Source: Amphiscolops sp. MND2022 (taxonomy: Eukaryota). From it: DNA of 64,000 nt. Position numbers and translations under genes: made by a program. The DNA is taken from positions 18,788,001 through 18,852,000 of the forward strand of contig OZ076409.1 of assembly GCA_964187785.1 (NCBI GenBank). Reading direction: 5' to 3'. This document shows, piece after piece, positions 61,001 through 64,000 of this stretch. The notes below the pieces were generated by a model. That model saw only the letters and a program-made list of their open reading frames with translations. It was not told the origin of the DNA and did not search any database. Every line of letters starts with the position of its first letter. Within the stretch, counting starts at the first letter, position 1.

Positions 61001-61451
61001 GCGCTATGCACCCCTTCAGCTCGGTCTTCATCAAAACCAGTCACTACTGCATGTAGGGCACTCAAGGAATGCGACAATAGCTGATTACGTTATCTTATTT
61101 ACTTCGAAGCAGTATACAAATTCAAGTCTTCCAATTTTCTTCTATTTGAATATTGAGCAAATCAGAAAAATTGAACAAATGTTTTTTTAGCGCAATGAAG
61201 CTTTGAAAATTTTGGCGCTTTGAGTAGATGGCGCGATGGGAAGTCACCGACTACATATTCGATTTCGTCCGATTGTGTACTTTGTGTAAATGTATACTAA
61301 TCGATGCTTAATGACTCACCGATCGCGCCCACGATGTTGAAGAGGGCGGTGACAAGGAACCCGTTGGCTGGGATGTTGCTGAGGAACGAGAAGGCGTACA
61401 TCTGAGGAATGACACCCCACCCGTACATCATCATCACGAAGAAGAAGATCA
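12888..61451 (-). CDS. ABCA: ABCA-family ABC transporter, 3' part (TMD2 end, NBD2, C-terminal regulatory region); 10 exons, 5' part lies beyond the window
   Basis: Exons 61320-61451, 58278-58430, 56876-57036, 56090-56210, 55400-55516, 54235-54332, 53369-53556, 20131-20301, 13372-13595, 12888-13099 all have GT-AG junctions with matching phases (about 524 aa). Motifs: [17 protein letters not shown] (Walker A), [22 protein letters not shown] (ABCA NBD2 signature), [11 protein letters not shown] (Walker B), [21 protein letters not shown]. Exact paralogue not assignable. Confidence 0.95.
13372..13595 (-). CDS. ABCA: ABCA exon ([11 protein letters not shown]...QHLKSKYG)
   Basis: ttcaag acceptor, G|GTCAGT donor. 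Confidence 0.93.
13622..13950 (+). repeat. Truncated copy of HINE-like family A (5' part)
   Basis: TCGGCGCTTTT...GCCCGACT...ACAGTGACTAG and AAAGGGTCCCC motifs. Confidence 0.5.
16175..16468. repeat. Long inverted repeat (about 130-bp arms, about 25-30-bp spacer)
   Basis: 16226-16304 is the near-perfect reverse complement of 16337-16414; outer arms are degenerate. Confidence 0.9.
18187..18557. mobile_element. MITE-like element
   Basis: CCCAGGTTGACC...GGTCAACCTGGG terminal inverted repeats, internal ATCATAGTATGRTCAT-type repeats. Confidence 0.65.
18714..19115 (+). mobile_element. HINE-like element, divergent subfamily of family A
   Basis: TTAGTCGGCGC start; CCGACTT plus GCCG-TTTC-CGGC hairpin plus TTGTT end. 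Confidence 0.6.
20131..20301 (-). CDS. ABCA: ABCA exon (SGGNKRK...[10 protein letters not shown]...ITSH)
   Basis: tttcag acceptor, AG|GTAGG donor; signature, Walker B, H-loop. Confidence 0.95.
20542..21046 (+). repeat. 5' LTR of outer element
   Basis: TGTAGC...ACAACA; 3 mismatches to 51528-52032 seen by eye. Confidence 0.97.
21049..21063 (+). promoter_or_regulatory. Putative primer-binding site of outer element
   Basis: TGGTGCGGCCAGAGC 2 nt after the LTR; TGG complements tRNA CCA; tRNA identity not determined. Confidence 0.65.
21708..22801 (+). pseudogene. gag: gag of outer element, two frameshifts (near 22120 and near 22388)
   Basis: Three overlapping ORFs; LRGPAAEWF capsid-type motif, zinc knuckle [14 protein letters not shown]. 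Confidence 0.88.
22783..24803 (+). CDS. pol: pol of outer element, 5' part (protease, RT), interrupted by nested element
   Basis: [12 protein letters not shown] protease motif; [20 protein letters not shown] motifs; -1 frame relative to gag after TTTAAAC (22792-22798). Confidence 0.95.
24804..27097 (-). repeat. 3' LTR of inner element
   Basis: Matches 41886-44179 (about 7 mismatches seen); preceded on the minus strand by short purine tract GGGGAG (27098-27103). Confidence 0.97.
28242..32959 (+). CDS. Spliced antisense cargo gene of inner element, about 1048 aa, BED-like zinc finger, possibly hAT-transposase derived
   Basis: Exons 28242-28293, 28371-28505, 28604-28699, 28997-29683, 30327-30889, 31102-31587, 31694-31889, 32028-32959 join through GT-AG introns into 3147 nt with no internal stop; CLLC...HCRGIRH motif in exon 5; AATAAA at 33091-33096. 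Confidence 0.8.
35596..40690 (-). CDS. pol: pol of inner element (protease, RT, RNase H, integrase); one frameshift near 36254 in the GPY/F tail
   Basis: [33 protein letters not shown] zinc finger, EIDIVGP/TDKGT/GMVER (DDE); KGPYKV continues in another frame as [24 protein letters not shown]. Confidence 0.95.
40687..42195 (-). CDS. gag: gag of inner element (502 aa), begins inside the 5' LTR
   Basis: Two CCHC knuckles [14 protein letters not shown] and [14 protein letters not shown]; ends at G GGT TTT TGA slippery site. Confidence 0.93.
   Translation of the reverse strand: MNPDLGTELRSGRIISSSLETLVPTDPDMAQSSANDSDSNETSDISSQLSEIKESYERKINELQNEFSQLKDLMMAVISKADTENRQSTSKGPSKPAHTVGLDMVTGATETRSTRPTTSFTNCSRYQEDDSDEEGESTPRSNEERLLNAIETIPQRIKNTTTNTKLLQTHVPNFRGQKDKFVEFEHLLLNHLSPLANKITEENKLHFFQSLLRDDAIEYWQSIQITLMTTLKDVLDLFRKEFAKEDLKEVARYKWDQARYDPTTETFGDFLKNLKKTAKQAFGNEADRIIKMFLFGKLPVEIQQELTMANKEESSPEEIKTYLMRKYQYQQYVAPPTAIQPFNAVTSSAPPTITTTKPTTTTTTTQPTERKRFEGQCFYCGKTGHRKTECRARQRDEANGIKKEDAIPMKKAADPDKPKYNPKLVCQICGYTGHSARDCRRRVPKESSSAYGKIPYATNSQEDNKTRRQDLKRQQKPMNPMQAVAEEEDQESYSDEDINQGF
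41873..41885 (-). promoter_or_regulatory. Putative primer-binding site of inner element (tRNA-Leu-like)
   Basis: TGGTGACAGGAGC directly after the 5' LTR; resembles the TGGTGTCAGGAG Leu-type PBS. Confidence 0.65.
41886..44179 (-). repeat. 5' LTR of inner element
   Basis: 2294-bp copy of 24804-27097, followed by PBS. Confidence 0.97.
44185..47107 (+). CDS. pol: pol of outer element, 3' part (RNase H, integrase, GPY/F)
   Basis: Rejoins 24803 in frame (GFYST-FIKNL); HVDSS, RELCG, CDHKPL, HHCC, HIDLKGP/YDRGT/GKVE, SGPY. Confidence 0.95.
47219..49459 (+). CDS. env: env-like type I membrane glycoprotein, chuvirus-G/class III fusogen-like
   Basis: N-terminal signal peptide, YDC...SL..V..C...CGMFSHSS cysteine pattern, Cys-rich ectodomain, TM segment [19 protein letters not shown], long cytoplasmic tail; located after pol. 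Confidence 0.85.
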   Translation: MFYFILFLFPFSCASDDFDNVSKNLFVSHYDCTKMQDNRMYSLNKVAECKITPENLYVTPATITLYQKNYRTDLAATMCSVKAHVFRYNCGMFSHSSYVHTQNSITYDLIVTPEMCRQASKTNKIKISSFSENFDAPIEFDTKKQSNFNDGQSVRTTIHCSSGQVQHYTFETFMQRVNLTFDYATKEVSNPNKQKLPCLLMEGGCETTTLDPFAYTWDTPENCVMTKILTQEAKMLKYPLSTNRNENQFFLISEYNETGKGMNLKIKVFPESYELCGKPERLFKTNFESLFVTYQGGFAMPGGELRTKEHAFNAYQFSIDNSSQVSYSSLSFSKSNGQWIGAQPWHTVGADEIDYELHLGTKLDYIMYFNAKQLRHSEMTLLQSQCELERTQMLTILMLAMQNTRLAGYMLTGNRSMFLDTDGSVAWLYHCPKFLSPLKVLDKCYDRIPIMFERSTNFVDPITRQTYDFASEIPCLGDYTNVFQLDLENDNSWYQLLPEPMPFNKPLLFKPTELGHITQFPTFDTRRAGMYTPNQMKNFWDNVNDRLLLDHLLTPSFFVDKFKETFGELGYIIQCLGNFFACFLLVKFVIDVVVIVLRGLEIRKVSGATFGFVRTMLGATFNLFVLSLQTPMYENEENKRISNGFSQNPAGNRPIAAPMYEENPTLLYPEVHLLNNPIAIGSTLNERQRADSNVLNQTGNAPSTLNTFLQNNNGNNSSGNAPTTVKENAPSTSNNNSNGNAPLPPP
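49754..51223 (+). CDS. Fourth ORF of outer element, unknown protein with long predicted coiled coil; in-frame TGA at 49859-49861
   Basis: ATG 49754 is in frame with the 426-aa ORF at 49943; heptad-rich K/E/L region in the C-terminal half. Confidence 0.7.
51528..52032 (+). repeat. 3' LTR of outer element
   Basis: Copy of 20542-21046, preceded by PPT-like GGGGTGAG. Confidence 0.97.
52524..53010 (+). mobile_element. HINE-like family A copy
   Basis: Same termini and internal AAAGGGTCCCCC blocks as 7973-8460. Confidence 0.72.
53369..53556 (-). CDS. ABCA: ABCA exon ([12 protein letters not shown]...VGTY)
   Basis: tttcag acceptor in phase 0, AG|GTACC donor; Q-loop. Confidence 0.92.
54235..54332 (-). 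CDS. ABCA: ABCA exon ([12 protein letters not shown])
   Basis: ctccag acceptor, GTTAGT donor; second half of Walker A. Confidence 0.92.
55400..55516 (-). CDS. ABCA: ABCA exon ([12 protein letters not shown])
   Basis: ttttag acceptor, G|GTGAGT donor; first half of Walker A. Confidence 0.92.
55788..55843. repeat. AT-rich simple repeat (TTATATT)n
   Basis: Directly visible. Confidence 0.8.
56090..56210 (-). CDS. ABCA: ABCA exon ([12 protein letters not shown])
   Basis: ttttcag acceptor, G|GTTAGA donor; EDxDVxxE linker preceding NBD2. Confidence 0.88.
56876..57036 (-). CDS. ABCA: ABCA exon ([27 protein letters not shown])
   Basis: ctgcag acceptor, GTGAG donor; PGIGR motif and last TM helix of ABCA; not in the ORF track. 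Confidence 0.88.
57381..57882 (+). mobile_element. HINE-like family A copy
   Basis: Same termini and internal blocks as 7973-8460. Confidence 0.72.
58227..58247. repeat. (TTG)7 microsatellite
   Basis: Directly visible, intronic. Confidence 0.9.
58278..58430 (-). CDS. ABCA: ABCA exon (FCVTYLIM...FFFPQFS...LRRKM)
   Basis: ttcag acceptor, G|GTCAGT donor, phase 1/1 consistent with neighbouring exons. Confidence 0.85.
59361..59966 (-). mobile_element. HINE-like element, family B
   Basis: Minus strand: TTTTTTGAGAGTCGG start, CCGACTC subterminal repeat, CCGCA-CA-TGCGG hairpin, CTGGTT end. Confidence 0.6.
61320..61451 (-). CDS. ABCA: ABCA exon (TM helices, [23 protein letters not shown])
   Basis: tttgcag acceptor, G|GTGAGT donor; typical ABCA 'YGW..IP.MY..SF' segment. 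Confidence 0.88.
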
Positions 61452-62142
61452 CTGCAAACAAACAACAAAACAAACATATTCTCTTGATGGTCAAACTTCT
61501 GATCTGTTGAATATGTACTGTAGTATAAAATTCAATATGGTAGTCGAGTCACATATGTGGTAGTGTATGTGGTAGTAATGTTGGGCCCATATTACGTGAT
61601 TTCCGTCATATCTTGTTTCTTTGCTTCATCTGAACGTAAGTTTGAGGATTACAATTATAATAAAAATAGCATGAAAAATTGAATTCGAAACTGATATACC
61701 CACTGGTTGAGAAAATGCCATTTTGCATGATCCTTGCTAAAATGCATTCCATGAAAGATTTTGCCAGTAAACGAAATCTTTGCGAGAATCTTAGGAATGC
61801 ATTATATGCAAGGATCTGGCGAGATTCTTTCAAGGAATCGAAAGAAAAAGCAGTATTAAGCAAGATCTTCAACCAGTTTTCAAAAATCCTCGCTACGAAA
61901 TCACTTGCGTCCGCACAGAAATTTGAGAGTTGAGCCTAGGCAAGAAAAGAGCTGTCTCTTCAAAATTGCGTAATATAGCATGAAATTGTATGAAAAAATA
62001 CCAAAATTATCAATTTTGGCAAAAACTTTTGTTTCGTATTCTACTCAGCACCGAAAGAGCTATTTTTGCAGCCAACTAAAACATTTCACCGAAGAATCAA
62101 AAATTGAACTTTGAAATTCTGAAGCCACTGTTGTTGGACTTA

Positions 62143-63193
62143 CACTATGGTAGCAAAAAACGACGTACAGCTGAAAATTAAATCTTATTCAGTGTGTGAA
62201 GAACTTTTCATTTCCATTCTCAACCGGAAGTGAAATCAATCACTCTTGAATAAAACATTGTTTAAAATTGTCAAACCGTTGGATTCATACGTTGTTTGCA
62301 AAATCGTTACACTTCGCGAAATGGGTTTATCATACAAAAGAATTAAAGGAAAAATGGGCCTTAAATCAGCGTTTCTTGAGAACGAACTCGTATGTGGCGA
62401 AAAAACCTTCAGCCCGCCCAGAAAAGCTCAACGAAAAAGAGCAAAGACTAATAGTTCGAAGAAGTGGAAGAAGACCCTAAAACAACATCAGAACGAGTAA
62501 AAGTACTACAAAGCTAGCTCTTTTTCAACGTCAAAAACAGTTTCTAGATGTACTTTTCGAAGAATCCTGAAGAAGTACGGAATTTTTTCTAGAAAAGCCG
62601 CGAAAAAGTTCAACTTGAACAAAAAACAAAGACTGATCAGAAAACGTTGGTGCTCTAGAATGTTGAAAAAGACCCTTGATTTTTATCGAGCTTCAATTTT
62701 CCACCGAAAATGGGAAAAAGTTTTGGACTTTTTTGGAAAAAAACCAGAAAGACATAAAAAAAGTTTCATCAAATCAATCACTTTCGTAGTGAACTAATAG
62801 CGCTTTTGACGGTGCTCCCGATGATACACAAAAGTGAAGTTGTTCGCAATTTTCTGACACAAAAGCAATGGGAAGCGCTGGATTGGCCAGCTTACAGTCC
62901 TGACCTGAATCGTATTGAAAATATTTGGGGCATTTTTTTAAAAAAAAAATTGCGAGGTCAGATTGTTACCTAGGAAAATTTAGAAGAAAATGTTTTGGAA
63001 GTGTGGAACAACATAAACCCTGAGGTTGCTCGCAACTTGTCTTCATCGTATGAGAATCGCCTAATGAAGGTAATCAAAATTCATGGAAGTTTGACGGGAT
63101 ATTGATTTATTATTTGTTTCAGCAGTTGTTTCAAGTTTTATTCTGTTCTGAGTTTTTTTTTAAATGTTGGTGTAGCTTTTTGATACCATAGTG
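62143..63193 (+). mobile_element. Decayed Tc1-like DNA transposon
   Basis: TIRs CACTATGGTAGCAAAAA / TTTTTGATACCATAGTG, TA on both sides, transposase remnant DGAP...WPAYSPDLNRIENIW with frameshifts and deletion. Confidence 0.9.
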
Positions 63194-63336
63194 TATATGT
63201 CGTGTCATTTTTGTTTACAAATTTTGAAAAAAAAATGTGTAAGTTTAGCGTGAAATTGGCCGAAAGTATCCTGACACTGCGCCGTGAAGTTATTGGTTAT
63301 TTAGCGTGCATTGCTGCGGAGACTAGCTGAGAAGTT

Positions 63337-64000
63337 GGGCGACCATTCGTCCAAAATTCCAAAAAGCGTTAATTCGTCAGAAGCGACAATTCGTCCCAAG
63401 CGACAATTCGTCCCAAGCGACAATTCGTCCCAAGCGACAATTCGTCCCAAGCGACAATTCGTCCCAAGCGACAATTCGTCCCAATTTGCAAAAAGCGACA
63501 ATTCGTCCGAAGCGACAATTCGTCCGAAGCGACAATTCGTCCGAAGCGACAATTCGTCCGAAGCGACAATTCGACTTAAATTCCAAAAAGCGACAATTCG
63601 TCCCTGGCGACAATTCGTTCCAAGCGACAATTCGTCTCAAGCGACAATTCGTCCCAATTTGCAAAAAGCGACATTTCGTCCGAAGCGACAATTCGACTTA
63701 AATTCCAAAAAGCGACAATTCGTCTCAAGCGACCATTCGTCCCAAGCGACAATTAGTCCCAATTTGCAAAAAAACGACAGTTCGTCCCAAGCGGCAGTTC
63801 GTTTCTTTTTGAAAAAGTGGCAATTCGTCTCATTTGTAAAAAGTGACAATTCGTCCCAAATTGTTTAATTGATCAGCTAATTAATAATCGTTTGGGACGA
63901 ATTGTCACTTTTGACAAATGGGACGAATTGTCGTCTTTTCAAAATGGAACGAATTGACACCTGAGACGAATTGTCGCTTTTTGGAATTTGGGACGAATTG
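63337..64000. repeat. Foldback/MITE-like element built from 17-bp AAGCGACAATTCGTCCC units
   Basis: Tandem units 63337-63860, inverted units from about 63893; window end mirrors the left start. Confidence 0.85.

Noticed and set aside
63337..63860. Possible CRISPR-like array and overlapping ORFs
   Set aside because: Units abut without unique spacers, context is eukaryotic, and the ORFs are by-products of a 17-bp repeat.

Overview
Eukaryotic (metazoan-type) repeat-rich DNA; the species cannot be determined from the sequence. The only host gene I can support is the 3' part of an ABCA-family transporter on the minus strand (10 exons, 61451->12888, frame intact across all junctions). One 33-kb intron (20302-53368) holds a nested stack of insertions. 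A Mutator-like MITE is split by a 12.1-kb Ty3/Gypsy element (505-bp LTRs, CTAT TSD) that carries gag, pol, a chuvirus/class-III-like env and an extra fourth ORF. The pol of that element is split by a 19.4-kb Ty3/Gypsy element in the opposite orientation (2294-bp LTRs, AGCAC TSD). The most unusual feature is inside this giant element: between pol and the 3' LTR lies an antisense, 8-exon, open gene of about 1048 aa with a BED-like zinc finger and faint hAT-transposase-like motifs. The element's non-coding DNA is also dense in GATGAA/TTCATC doublet motifs. The rest of the window contains a non-coding LTR-like element, Helentron/HINE-like repeats, MITEs, a Tc1 remnant and a foldback repeat. All coordinates, splice models and family assignments were made by eye; no database searches were run.
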